DNA of 61,740 nucleotides, filler included, from Hausera hauseri (lineage: Eukaryota): NCBI GenBank assembly GCA_046269625.1. It is 12 parts of 12 records of this genome, joined end to end, with 100 filler letters (N's around TTAATTAATTAA, not from the genome) between each part and the next. Parts side by side here need not be neighbours in the genome. Positions count along the whole stretch, not along the records: positions 8,773 to 15,288 come from JBJURY010092098.1; positions 15,389 to 21,233 come from JBJURY010180528.1; positions 21,334 to 27,120 come from JBJURY010189638.1; 9 more parts are not named here. One strand, 5' to 3'. The translations under genes and the position numbers were made by a program. Shown here piece by piece: positions 12,501 through 25,720 of the stretch. The notes beneath the pieces were generated by a model, which made no database searches, was not told the origin of the DNA, and saw only the letters and a list, made by a program, of their open reading frames with translations. How positions within the stretch are numbered: the first letter of the stretch is position 1; every line of letters begins with the position of its first letter.

Positions 12501-13195
12501 TTCTCACTCCTACACTTCCTGCTATTCCTATATCTATTGCTATACCTGTTCCACCTCCTCCTTTTGCTCCTATTTTTGCTTCATCATTTTATACACCTTA
12601 TACTTCTATTCCTATCTGTCGCCCTATCTCTACCACTACTCATGTTTCATTTTATACTTCTAATCTTCCGCCTAATTCAATTCCAGTTCTTACTCCAATT
12701 TCTATGTCTCCTCCTTCATCTGCCACTACGTCCTTTACCAATCCCTCGTCTTCTAACACTCTCTTGAACACCTCCAACCATCCGTCTCCAACAATCACTC
12801 TTTCTCCTTCACCTTCTCCTTCTATTCATTCTGACTCGTCTTTGTACAACACAATACTTACACCAAAATCTGACAATTTTCCCCAACTTTAAACTCTGCA
12901 AGAAAACACATCGCATACAGCCAAAACACGCAGAGTCATATGTAGCATGTATAGTAGGGAAAAATCTGTAGGATGCACCCAACGTCTTCTTCACGCTAAG
13001 ACCAATTGATACAGACACCTTTTCGTTTGCCGATTTTTCTTTCTGTCCCTTTTACTCTTTATCGTTTTAATATTGCCTCGGCGAAGGGTAATGTGGTGCT
13101 CACCGCGGCCGGTGCTCTTTAACCCATCTGGTTGGGCACATCCGGGTGTCCGCTATCGCCGCGTCGGATCAATAGTCGGGTTTGACTCTTCACAC
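9550..13195 (+). mobile_element. CsRN1-like Ty3/Gypsy element, internally deleted (partial LTR, PBS, gag-pro, post-integrase tail, PPT, partial 3' LTR)
   Basis: Degenerate tRNA-Trp PBS CGGTCACCCCGA (9949-9960); gag QRPSDFLR..LADK with CHCC knuckles; protease FLINTGAAISLL; tail MGPCKLVQL..VHITNLK; PPT ~13080-13090; LTR start TGTGGTGC at 13092, homologous to 55707 (-). Confidence 0.85.
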
Positions 13196-13759
13196 TAAGA
13201 ATTTAATCTGAAAAATTTTTTTGTATTTTAATTACTGAAATACATTGTATTTGTTGAAAATTAAAGGGGTACTATGAATGAAAATCTACCAACAGAAATT
13301 CATAAAAACGAGCAAAATGGGAAATTTATTTTTCGTAAAGCCGTTTTTAAAATATCCAAAATAAGTTGGCCTTATTGACTAATTATGTAAATCTTATCGG
13401 TATTATTGAAAACCCTTCTTACAACAATTCCGAATTTGCTGTACATTTTATATGTCATTTATTGTGGCACTGAAAATGTAAAAAATGTTCTTTTGTTTAA
13501 AATAATGCATATTTATTTTGCCTTTTAAAAATTATTATTGTCTTCGCCAGATTCTTTGAAAAAAAACATATGATTGGATTTGAAAGTTTTTATGCGTTCA
13601 TGTTTTGTCTGTTGATCAGATATTATGCGTTACGCCGAATGGTTTTACCTATTTGCATAATTATGAAAATTTCGTATCGGTTATCCGAGTATCCGATTCA
13701 GTGTGATCAGCTATATTTTGTACCCAAATTCGAAACCAAAGAAAGAATTCTTCTTGCGG

Positions 13760-15288
13760 CAGATTTAATTGTAACTAGATCTTGTGTATTAGATTTGTTT
13801 TTGGTATTGAAGTGGACTGAACAACACTTTGGGTGTGCTGGTACATTATACACTCGATCCGATAGTTACCATTATCTTTTGACCATAGATAACTATGTTG
13901 GCAGTCCAATATCCTACGGGGAAGGCAGTTTGTCCAAAAAGTGATGCGTTACCTATATCTGAAGGATTCGCTCGTTTTATCTCATGTTGATATTCTAATG
14001 GTACGATCATGTGTCGTATTAAGTTCATTGTTGCTCTTGGGTCGATTAAAGCCCTTATGTAATGGTTTCCTATGTATAGAGTAGTTCGGGGTCTTAAATC
14101 ATGCAGTTGAAGTATGGATTGAAGTTGTCTTTTAGTAGAATCTTCGACTACGGGTAGTAATGAATATACTCCAGCAGTTCTGACCACACCGTTTTCTACT
14201 ATAAATTTTTCATTATAGGGTAAATTAGTTGTATTGTTTTCTACTAAACTTGCAGTAGTTTGCAGTGGTGAGGTTGGTCAAGATAAAGTAAATGTCGGTG
14301 GAGATGCACATTTAGACATTATATCCGAACTCGCTTTCCATTTTTGTGATAGCGAAGTTAAATCGGGATATTGACTTGTTGGTCTAAGTTGCTCATTATC
14401 TAATGATTCAGTATGATTTGCAGCTTTTGACATAACCATTATTTTTTATAATAACCATGCTCACAGTAGGGATCCTTAATTTCCTTTCCAATTTTTTTGG
14501 TGATTAAAGGCAAATTCTGTATGTTTGTATTTGTCATAGGTAGTTCAGTGTAAGAATTATTCTCGATATTCATCATTGGTGGAAGTTTTGGTGGCGGTTT
14601 TTTCGTTTTATTTTCAAAGTTAACATGCTTTCTAATAGGTTTTTCCATCTTTTTTCTTCATGCGTCGTTAGTATTTTGCCAAACGATGTGAAGTCAGCGG
14701 ATAATATTTTCAATGAAAATACTGTAAGAGTGTAAATTTCATAATCATTTAGTAATGATGAAAGAATGGCTTTTGCTGTTTGAATGCTTAGATAGATGGT
14801 AAATATTCCGGCTGATAAAGTGCCAAATTTTATGAAACCTCCCAATAAGGTTTTTAGAAAGTTCATCGTAACTTCCTTATAGTGTTCTGGACTGAGTAAC
14901 TTTTCCAATCTTGCATCTTGAATTCCGTCATCTAATATGCGATGCAATGCTTTACTTAAAGCTTGTTCACTTTGAGCAGGGTATCTCAATTCTTGAATCA
15001 TATTGTTTATTTTGCCTCTAGTGTAGACAGTGGTTTTCGAAATGTCCGTGAACAAATTCTTTTGTACAGCATGTTTTAATGCAGTCATAGTGAGTCTTTT
15101 GGGAATTTTACATGGTTTCTTTCTTTTTGGTAATACTATCCAAGTACCAGCATTATCATATTTTATGTAGGGCACAGTTTATTATTTGAGTTAGCACAGT
15201 GTTTCTATCGGCATTACTCGGGTGATCGGTTATACATAACGAATTTCTTTTTTCTATATTACGGTAATTTCTACATAGCATTTCTTTT
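13760..15288 (-). pseudogene. Retroelement fragment: C-terminus of chuvirus-like glycoprotein followed by aspartic protease
   Basis: KCYVEITV..PITRV, GGFIKFGTLSAGIFTIYLSIQTAKAILSSLLNDYEIYTL..; downstream RPRTTLYIGNHYIRALIDPRATMNLI; homologous to 46850-48430. Confidence 0.8.
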
Positions 15289-15388
15289 NNNNNNNNNNNN
15301 NNNNNNNNNNNNNNNNNNNNNNNNNNNNNNNNTTAATTAATTAANNNNNNNNNNNNNNNNNNNNNNNNNNNNNNNNNNNNNNNNNNNN

Positions 15389-15811
15389 GAAGATGATACA
15401 GAAAAAGTTGTAGCGATAGGAAGCGTGGTAGGGGCAGAAGAAGAAAGTGTAGAAAATGATGAAGCAAGACTAGGCGCGGAAGTGGACAGTGGAAGTGGTG
15501 TAGCAATAGATGTAGTGGTGGCAGGGAATGGAGGAGTAAGAAAAGAAGCTGGCGCGTCAAGTGGAAAGGTGTCGTCGACAAAGAAAGCTGGCTTTAGGTT
15601 GGTGATGTGTACTGTGAAGTCTGCCGCCTTTAGAGATAATGGCGTTATGACAGTGTAGCTGTAACAGTTTGTAGAGCCTCAGGTACCGTGGCTGAAAACC
15701 GCAAGGAGCTTGATTCTTCAGCCATACGAATTTAGCCGTGTACAAATCTTCAGGTAAGTATATCTTGTCTTTGTTAAGTAGCCTGCAGAACGAATCTTTA
15801 CTTACCTCTAC
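15389..15811 (-). mobile_element. CsRN1-like element, post-integrase tail (3' half of the element continued at 19110)
   Basis: VSKDSFCRLLNKDKIYLPEDLYTAKFVWLKNQAPCGFQPRYL, homologous to 12230-12560. Confidence 0.8.
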
Positions 15812-18800
15812 TGTTGAGGCTGATGGAATGACTTCTGATGGAATGACTTTATCACCTGATTCGACAATGACAAATATCGTGACGATTCGTGATAACTGCA
15901 TATAATAATTGTTGAAAGTTGACATTGAAAACATTGTAAACACATTTATATTTTTTTTCTTTGTAAATACATTTATATATTCTTTCCTTCTCAATTGTCG
16001 AACCCGTTCATGGGTATGCCTTTTAGTTCCCTGCTGCTGTACATTTTAATGTTAACCATTTCAAGCGACCAGATGATGACGGTAGATTGACCGCGTTATT
16101 GAGAATGGCTGAAAGTAAAAGATATACGATTACCCGATTACCCTTACTCAAGAACAAATATTGAAATTGGTTAAAAATTGGTAGGTAACCAACTAAATCA
16201 TAGAATTGAATTTACATATTTAAGTTACGAACATGAAATTCATAATCACTTTTGAACACAAGCAAATATTAAAATCAGTAGGCAACTAACCGAAAATATT
16301 GAAATCAGTGAGTAACCAACTAAATTATAAAATTAAATTGCAGTGGTAACCAAATTAATAAGCCAATTCTGAAAACCAAATTTACATTTTCGTAAGTGGA
16401 AATCGGAAATTGAATTTGTATATTAACATATATATAAGCAAGTTAAAAACACGTAGAAAAACAACAAAAATTACTCTATCACTGTGTTAGTAAAGTTAAT
16501 ATTTGACAAGAAGTCAATTTCTGGTAAGGAAATTATGTTTATCCTCATACTTATATTCAAGAACAGAAATTTTATTGCCAGAAGAAGTCTATAATCAATT
16601 CAAAAATGAACCCCAATTCGTTTATGAATGCTAACTTGATAGCTGAAGATTCATTGAATGAGCAGGTGATCACGGAGCCGGAAAATTATACAACCACAAA
16701 CGTCATGTCAGGCGGTGAAATACGAGACAACCCTCAGGCAGTTATAAGTAATGGAGAATCTCGATGGGAATTGACGAGTGGTGAGTATGTAATTCTTAAT
16801 GTCGTATCGATTGATTAGTCTCATTGGTCTCTCATTATGCATTGTTTTCTTTTATTGTTATCATTTTGTAATAAAAATGTAAAAATCATAATTTCGGGTG
16901 GAATTACGTTAACCGTATTTTGAAATAGTAAAATTCATAATTTTGGGAATAACTTTGTTAACCGTGTGTCAAAATAGAAGTCAAGGGATGGAAAAGGATT
17001 GATTTAACTAAAACGGAAGTAATGAAATTGGGAAGACTTTTCATACCAATGAATATGCGATAGTCGATGAAGCGAACATGATGAATATCGTTGTGTGAGG
17101 GCTGGTGAACGAATGTTGAGAATCGGTTGTGACTTAATGCTAAATGAAATAAGGCGATAAAGCTATATAATAACGAGTCGTGGACTTGTAAGGAAAAGAG
17201 ACCTGAGTATTTGTTTTAATACGATTGAGATAATAAAGTATAGTTGAATATATATTAGTCCAATCGAACATAGTTAAAATACGTAGATAAACTTAATATC
17301 CGTAACCCTTTGGACGGGTAAGAAATATCGCAGCTACTTCGTAAACCTGAGATCAGACACGAATAGTGATCCGATGGAAACAATTATAATGGGGAGTCTG
17401 CTGATAACTTTAACATTAAGTTTGAAAATGAATAATTATTAAATAAAACCTCGATAATTGATTGTGTCTATAGCATTAAACCGAAATAAATAAGATGCCG
17501 ATGTGTTAGAATAATAGTAATTACGATTATACACTTAAAGACCGTATAATAAGGTTTGTTTATCTGTGGGCGTATAAATAAAAATGTTTATTGACGACAA
17601 TTAATGCGTTCGATGTCTTACATAATGTCTTTGTGGAGCCGCGGAAATCGCATGTGTACGCGTGTATTTGTATGTATAGGGTATGTGTAAATTTTATTCT
17701 GAAAGACCAAAGTTTGCGAATTTTGTTCAGGGAATCGAGTTGATTGACGATGTTTGTCTGAAGAGTTCAACACATAAGATTGGAACATTTATGAATTGCC
17801 AAAGGATTGTTTGTGGGAAGTTAGAGTTGATAGTTAAATCACCAAAGAAAGGGATAAAAGCTATAACCACCAAAAGAGAAGGTACATCTCATCTACATAG
17901 CGAATCGCTGAACACTGAACGAATAAATCAATGTAATACAAGAAAAATGGATCAATATCCAGAATATATGTCCACGACGTTGTAAATGTTGAGACCTATC
18001 ATAAGGCATGAAGATTAATTAAAGATGATAAATTATTACATCAGTATGAGTCGCTTCCTTTAGATACGTTATAATAGGTTATATGATATGGTAGTATAAA
18101 ATATTAAAGAGATTTGGAATATTTAATTTATCGAGGAGCAGTGAATATAAGTATGCAACATTACAGACGGGCGTTGCTCTGCTTTATAAATGTTTGAGGA
18201 TGGCATCGGTTCCCGACGATATTGGATCAGGGTCTGTTATATATTTGATTTAATATAGAGTGTTATTATTGAATGAATAAATTGGTCCTTTCTAGGAATC
18301 GTAATTGATTATTTATTATTTTTATTGTTACTTTACCATAAATAATTAAAGGGTTTGAAAGAAGATAAAATACAAAGAATTGTGAAATGAATATTGTGGT
18401 ACATAGCCGGATGAATAAAATTGAGGATTAAGGTTCGGATGTCTGTTTGTTGGGATTATACACTTAGAATTTGAATCTAACATTTTAAATTAATTAAATG
18501 AGAAATTGTATAAAGTCTCCAGTATTAATTTGATAATGATGATAAATTTGACATAAGGCAAGGATTAAGTTACATCGTGATGAGTGAAGATTACCATAAT
18601 AAAATTTATGGAATGATTCAAGTGTGACATCTGTTCCCTATGATATTGGTTGATATTGATAAAACTTAAAATGTTTTCATTGTCTTGGATATTGCTTAAA
18701 TGGACCTTGTTTTCGTAAAAATAATAGCCGGAAAATATGGAATTTATATTGTTTAAGAGACCACAGTCAAATAATTATCGGAGTAAAGGATGTCCCTATT

Positions 18801-19105
18801 GTTCCTACATTGATATAGATGGTTAGGTGATTTGAAACCAAGTAACGCCTAAGAGCTTGATAATCGTCGACAAAAATTTTGGGTACAATAGTCGAATTAG
18901 TATTTATATTAAATATTTCGGTTTGAGTAAATTCAGGATTGGAAGATGGGTATTTGAAATGAGGGTGCAGACCGTCTAGCAGTCGTACCACCTATGAACA
19001 CACCCTTCAGATTGGACATCAGGTTTATAGTAACGAGCATGAATATATAAAAAATGTTGGCAAATAGTAAAGGTTGAATATTTCTGTTTGACCCCTTTGC
19101 TAGCA
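15812..19105 (+). mobile_element. Unclassified 3.3 kb insertion with TG...CA ends inside the CsRN1-like element
   Basis: Host element reads continuously when the segment is removed; flanks CTAC/CTAA (4-bp near-TSD). Confidence 0.6.
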
Positions 19106-19109
19106 CTAA

Positions 19110-21233
19110 GAAGTGGTTTTCGCCGTCCGTATCGTCTCATCCGTGAGAGTGTCATCTGGGGCAATTAGTTCGAATAATGATCGGACAGGAACTCCGAATA
19201 AGGCTTAAGTAAGTGAGCATGCTGTAGAAGTGGACGGAGTGTTCCGCTAGCCGAGCAGAACGAACGGAAGAAGATTCGTCCAATTACTGTTGGACTCTGC
19301 AAGAATTCTTAGTGACGTTTTCAATGTTCGGTGGAAACGTTCTAGGAGGCCATTCGATTGGCGATGGTAAGGCGTAGTATGTATGTGATGGATCTCCAAT
19401 CGGTTAACAATGGGTTTGAACATGTTGGATTCAAACTGTGGACCTTGGTCCGTGATGATGAAGCGAGGTGATCCGAACCTGCTAATCCATGTGCGAATGA
19501 AAACGTCAGCTATGGTGTCGGTGTTTGTGCACCGCAGAGGGATGGCTTCAGGCCATCCGAGGAACGGTCCATCATGGTGAGGATGAATTGATGACCGTTG
19601 TCTAAATGAAAAGGGCCAACAATGTCATATGCATGGACTTAAAACGCGATGTACAGGAAAAGTGGAATAGTGGTGGCTTTAAATGTTTAGTTGTTTTGTA
19701 TTTTTGGCATGTCACACACTCCTTAACCCATGCTTGCACATCAGAACGCATTGACGGTCATATGACTTGTCGATGGAGGAGACGAAAAGTGGCTTTAGCA
19801 CCATGATGGTGTAATGAATGTACGTGGTGAAATGCTTGTCTTTGCAAGGAAGGTGCTAGAATTATTACTGAATGGCCTGATTTAGAGGTGTCTAAAGCCA
19901 CGCCGTCAACGATTGTGCAATATCTAAAAGACTTAAACATGTCTGGAGGTGGCTGATTTTGTTGGAGTTGTTTTTGCGTAAAAATCGGAGAAAAATTAAT
20001 AGAACTAACCGACCTAGATAAAAAATCAGCAACCAAATTGTTAACCCCATTGATATGTTTAATATCAAAATTAAATGTCGATAAGTATGATATTTGTCGT
20101 TCTTGGCGTGTGGAGGGGCGTTTCATGGCCACGATGTTAAGTAAAGGCTTGTGGTCAGTTTGTAGAGTGAAACGACGAGCGACGAGTAAGTGTAAAAAAT
20201 GTTTAAGAGCGAGAACGATTGCCAATAGTTCTCGGTCAAACGTGGAGTATTGAGTTTCAGGTGCGGTTAGTTTGTGAGAAAAAAATTCCAATGGTTGGTT
20301 TTCTCCCTTATAGATTTGGTAGATTACAGCGCCTACAGCAGTGGTTGACGCGTCAGTGGTGAGGATGAGCTCTGCATGAAACTTGGAAAAAACAAGAATA
20401 TCTACAGTTTTGATTCCGTCACAGAGTTTGTCGAATTTATCAACCAATTCAAGTGTCCATTGGATTGGTTGATGTTTCTTGCTGCCGCTTAGGTGTGCGA
20501 ATGGAACTGTTAATTCGAAGCAATATGACACATATTTATGTACAAAGTGGAGTGTGACAAGGAAGCTACGCATTTCGAGGGCTTCGACTCGGTCTGATTG
20601 GGGAGAATGACCGTCTGGTGTGATAACGTGGCATAAGAAGTTAATTTGTTTTTTGAAAAAGTGGCATTTGTCGAAGTTAATCTATAAATTATGGTAATGA
20701 AGATGTCGGAATATTGCGAGAAGGTGTTTGTCGTACTCTTTGGCCGAAGATGAAACGACTAAAATGTCGTCGATATAAAGGTGTGCAAACGAGAAATCGA
20801 AAAGAATTGAGTCGATGTGCCGCTGGAAAGTTTGTGCGGCATTCCGCAAACCAAATGACACGAATAAATATTCGTAGAAGCCAAACGGAGTAGTTAATGC
20901 GGTTTTTTCAATGTCTTCAGATGCTACCGGTATTTGATGGTAGGCTTTAGCTAGATCGATGGTTTAATAGATAGTGGTTGAGTTAAGACAATGCAGGATA
21001 TCCTTGATGAGTGGTAAAGGATATGCGTCAATGATGGTCAAGTTGTTAAGCTGTCGGTAATCACCACATGGTCTAAAGGTACCGTCCTTTTTTTGTACAA
21101 CGTGTAACGGTGAAGACCAAGGAGATTTGGAACGGCGTACTATGCCAGAACGTTCGAGCTCAAGAAATTCGGCTTCTACGGCTTGTCTACGGCGAGGTGA
21201 CAGAGGCCGTACTTTTTGGCGTATTGGGCGTTG
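19110..21233 (-). pseudogene. pol: CsRN1-like pol (RT-RNase H-integrase), decayed
   Basis: SPWSSPLHVV, PCGDYRQLN, YIDDILV, TDAS..YSTFDRELLA..TDHKPL..ADFLSR, DIVGP, TDQGPQF, HRQSNGLLER. Confidence 0.9.
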
Positions 21234-21333
21234 NNNNNNNNNNNNNNNNNNNNNNNNNNNNNNNNNNNNNNNNNNNNTTAATTAATTAANNNNNNNNNNN
21301 NNNNNNNNNNNNNNNNNNNNNNNNNNNNNNNNN

Positions 21334-24300
21334 ATACTGCAATTATTTCGAAAATATCGTGATGTTATAATTTTGAATGATAACAATATCGGTAGAACTG
21401 TCGTTATCCAACACCAGATAATCACAAAAAACAACTATCCCATCAAATAAAATCCGTATAGAATGGCCGAAGTTAAAAAGGAAAAATGTGGTCGACAAAT
21501 GGTACAAATGGTTGAACATGATATTATCAGACCAAGTTTTTCACCATGGACATCCCCAGTAGTATTTGTCAGAAAAAAGACGGAGAACAGTGATTTTTTG
21601 TAGATTTTACAGCATTAAATAATGTTACCAAGAAGGATAATTACCCATTACCAAAAATAGACAAAATGATCATAGCCTTAAGAAATACTGCAATATTCAT
21701 CACCCTCTATTTACAATGAGGATTTCGGCAAGTCGAAGTTGCGGAAAAAGATAAGAAAAAGACAGCCTTCTCTACCGAGATTGTATTATGGGAATTTAAC
21801 GTTATGCCCTTTGGCTTGAGGGGAGGACCAGCAACATTTCCAAGATGTATGAACTTTTAATGCAAGAAGTAATATGTTGTATGGTTTACATAGACGATGT
21901 AATAATATTCGTAGAAAATTTCAAACAACATTTAAAAGAAATATCACAAGTATTTGATAGGCTGAAACAGGCCCACTTGAAAATCAACTTGAAAAAATTT
22001 GAATTTGCCAAAAACACCGTAAATTTTCTTTGACACATAGTGTCAAGCAAAGGAATTCAACCTGACCCACGAAACGTGGATAAATTTAAGAAATTAAAGC
22101 CACCCAAATGTCTTTAGAAAAATGTATGAAAATGTATGAAATGTATGAAAATGTATGTTCTGTCCCACCAACACATGGGGAAGGAGTGTAATCGATAAAT
22201 CAATTTTGCACATGTGCCAATAGATAGTGCACATGGCGCACTATCGATCGGTAATGGCTAGGCGAAGGTGCCGTTAGGCACCGTTGCTATGCACATTTTC
22301 ACATTTCACAAATCGATCGCTGCACATTGCACAAATAATCTAATCGATCGGGACAAAGTGCTAATCGATAGTGCACATTAGTGAACATCGATTGGTGCAC
22401 AGAGCAGGGGCGCAACACGTGCAAGTGTGCCAAAATAAAAATACCCATTTTCCGGTAATGCAAATATTGATGATTGGCACATAGTACCGGGTGCAATCGA
22501 TTGGAAATACAATGTACTATGTAAATGTGCAATTAGAATTTAAATCGATCAAGGACATTTCGAATAATATCGATCCAAAGGGCAACTGAGGCAGACTTTC
22601 CATAGGTCTTTTAGGTCCCAACGAGTCAAAATTCGACAAATGTTTAAGCGGGAACAGATAGTAAGTGCACATTGTAACCCGGGTCTTCCATCTCAGATTT
22701 ATGAAATTCTGTGCACAACTCTAATAATTATCGATTTTCACCGAATAGTATCCATTACCTTGACACTTATAAATTTTTTGAGAAATCTGAGAGCGCCAAT
22801 CGATTTTCCATGTCTTAGTGCATCCATATAGCACTGTTCAGATGTGTAGCACGTGCAAGTATGCTTTAATCAATACTAACGGTTTTGCGATAAAACCTAT
22901 AAAGTTGATTTTAGAACGCGAGTAAGTGGAAATCGAAAAATCTAAAAGCGTACACACATAGAAACTAACATGTGCTGTATCCGCTTATGACATCAGATAT
23001 TTGAAAACTCGAATACAAGTGGAACTTTTAGAATAATTTATTTTCTTTTGGAATAAAAGCAAAAATCAAAAAATCTAAAAGCGTAGAGGGATAGAAATCA
23101 ATATACGAAGAATCCGAAAATGACGTCATATATTCGAAAAGAGGCTTAAATAAGAAAGCCGACTTTTCGATCGATTTCGAATATTCGAATAGTACCACCG
23201 GATTCCCCTTGTCCGAAAACATAGGAAATTCGTATATAACTTTGCAAGTATAGTTAAACCGCTAGTAGCATTAACTAAGAAAGGAACAATGTGGAATTAG
23301 GAAGAATCACACAAACGAGCATTCGAAGTTCTAAAGCAAGTCCTAACTTCACCACCAATACGACAATTTCCTGACCCTAAATATCCATATACAATAATGA
23401 CAGATGCCAGCGGCTATGCTATTGGAGCAGTCCAAGGACAATCTTTTCCAGATAGACCATGCGAAAGAATAATACATGCCTCAGCAAAATTCGGAGCGAA
23501 ACGCAACGCACATAATCAACAATCCAGCGTAAATGCTATGCAATAGTATATTCATTAATATATTTTAGATATTATATAACTGGGCGAGAAATAATCCTAC
23601 ACACCGATCAAAAATCATTACAATGGTTAATGAAACAACGAGATACCAGCCGAAAATTAATGAAATGGGCTGCGGAAATTCAAGACTTAGATATCTCAGT
23701 AAAATGCCGACAAGGAATGGCAAACCCAATGCGAATTTTCTATCAAGACTTCAAGAAAATGATATCGACCAAAGCTATAACGATTGCATAAATCCCCATT
23801 ACGATGATATGCAGGACTTAAGAAAATATTATTCGCAAACAATTCACCCAGATGTACGTAAAGCAATATGAAGAAAACTCACCAAGAATGCAAACCATTT
23901 AATAAGTATGACTATTCAAACATAGAAAAAAGATAACCAACAGAACGCAAGACAAAGTGACTATAAAAACCCATGTGTTGAAAACATCTAATATGAACAT
24001 TACAAAATGATTGACCCAATTTAGACCATGATAAACGAAGTAGATAACGTAGAAGTCAACGAAGAGGTGCACATATTTCTGTCCATACCAATTACGCACG
24101 AAGCCATAACCAAAAAACAAGCAAAGTATGAAGAAATTCGGAAAATCCGTAATAATCTAAACAAAGAAGGGCGAAAAATAAATATAAAATGGATAGGGGA
24201 AATATCTACTATCAAGAGAGCAAAGACTCATGGTTGTACCAAAACATATGCACGCAAAACGTCTACTACACGACCATGACGGACAACTTGGCGGACACCG

Positions 24301-25340
24301 AGGTTATAAAACTAGTATTATTGGCCAAAGATAGCAGGTGACGTAAAAGACTGGTGCACAAATTGTCAAGTATGCTCAAAAAGATGAGGAAAATTTCACG
24401 TAAGAAAAACACCATTAAAACTCTGTACCAGTTTTAGCAACACCCTTCGTCTGCATAGGTGTAGATGTAGTAAGACCATTACCAACCACTGCCATATAAA
24501 ACACATGCGTATTGACAGCAATAGACTACTACTCAAATTTACCGATAGCGATGCCAAATGCTAATTAAACCACGGATGTTATGGCCGAAAGATTAGAAGA
24601 TGACGCAGCAATTGAATATGGAGTGCCATTTACAGTAACATTTAACAGAGAAAGCAATTTATGCAGTGAACTTATGGCAAAAGTACTAGCAATATTATGA
24701 ATTATTCACAAATTTGCTTCACCCTATCATACTTAAGTCAATGGTGCGGTGCAAGCCTTTAATAAACAATTTTCAATTATGATATCTAGTTACGCATATA
24801 ATCATCCAGCTTATTGGGATCTGTATATAAAACCCTTTGTATATGCCTGCTGACAAAGCCCTCATACAGCAACTGTAGAGTCACCATTCTTTTACTATAT
24901 GGTAGACGCAATATCATGCCAGTTGACCTGGAGTATAGACCGTCGCAATAACAACTAATGGAAGAAACCGAATATGGAACAATTTTACAAGAAAGATTAC
25001 AAGAAGCATGGATCAGAGCCGGATTAAAAATTAAATACCACCAAGAAAATTATAAGAATCAATATTATAAGAAGGCCAAACCCCATGTATATTGAATTGG
25101 AGACTAATTCAACATATTGGATGAAATCTGTAAATCGCATGAAAGCCCAAAACTGAAATTACCCTATAAAGGACCACATAAAATACTACAAATAACCGAA
25201 TCAGACTTGAAACTACAAAATTTATCCAACCCTAATAAAACCTCTTGGATGAGTGGACAGCGATGTAGACCAGTAGCTAAGGAACGCAAGCTGGAACAAG
25301 CACCACCTTGTAAATACCAATTAAGAAGTAGAATGCAATT
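21334..25340 (+). pseudogene. pol: Ty3/Gypsy pol (RT, RNase H, integrase), heavily decayed, interrupted at ~22113-23220
   Basis: SFSPWTSPVV, EFNVMPFGL, VYIDDVII, TDASGYAIGAV, NANFLSRL, HDGQLGGHRG, GVDVV, PYKGPHKI. Confidence 0.88.
22113..23220. repeat. Non-coding interspersed repeat inserted in pol, starting with (AAATGTATG)n
   Basis: Interrupts the RT/RNase H connection; 22190-22980 is collinear with 27760-28565. Confidence 0.7.
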
Positions 25341-25379
25341 ATATGACAAGAATACAATGGTCGCATTCATGGACGACGG

Positions 25380-25720
25380 ATCGAACAATAGAGTAACCAC
25401 AACCGTAACCATAAGCAAAGTCAAAATAGAAGCAATAGTAGATGCAGAAGCAGCAAAAAATTATTTAAGTAAAACTACGATGGAGACACTAAAATTGAAA
25501 TTGACCGAAAACAGTGAAATCAATCACAAGTTAATAAACGGAAACCAATTGAGAGTAATAGGCGTAATCACAGCCTTAACTAAATTAAATGGGAAACGTT
25601 CAAAGATCCTGTATCACATACTAGAAAATATTACAATTCCCTGTATTATAGGTCGAGGTACGCTAATAGATTATGATACAGTGGTAGATGTAGCTACGAA
25701 TTCACTGGAAAAAAAACAAA
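25380..25720 (+). CDS. Retropepsin-like domain downstream of integrase (degenerate active site)
   Basis: VTISKVKIEAIVDAEAAKNYLS...INGNQLRVIG...PCIIGRGTL, in frame with the integrase GPY/F motif in ORF 25117-25749. Confidence 0.65.

Noticed and set aside
12537-12767. Leu/Phe-rich 'membrane protein' ORFs (also 15333-15581, 55806-56333, 55942-56472)
   Set aside because: Alternative frames of the pyrimidine-rich S/T/P tail
17025-17165. Possible SF1 helicase motifs (GKT, IVDEANM, GD)
   Set aside because: GKT is only ~8 residues before DE and the frame has many stops; likely chance
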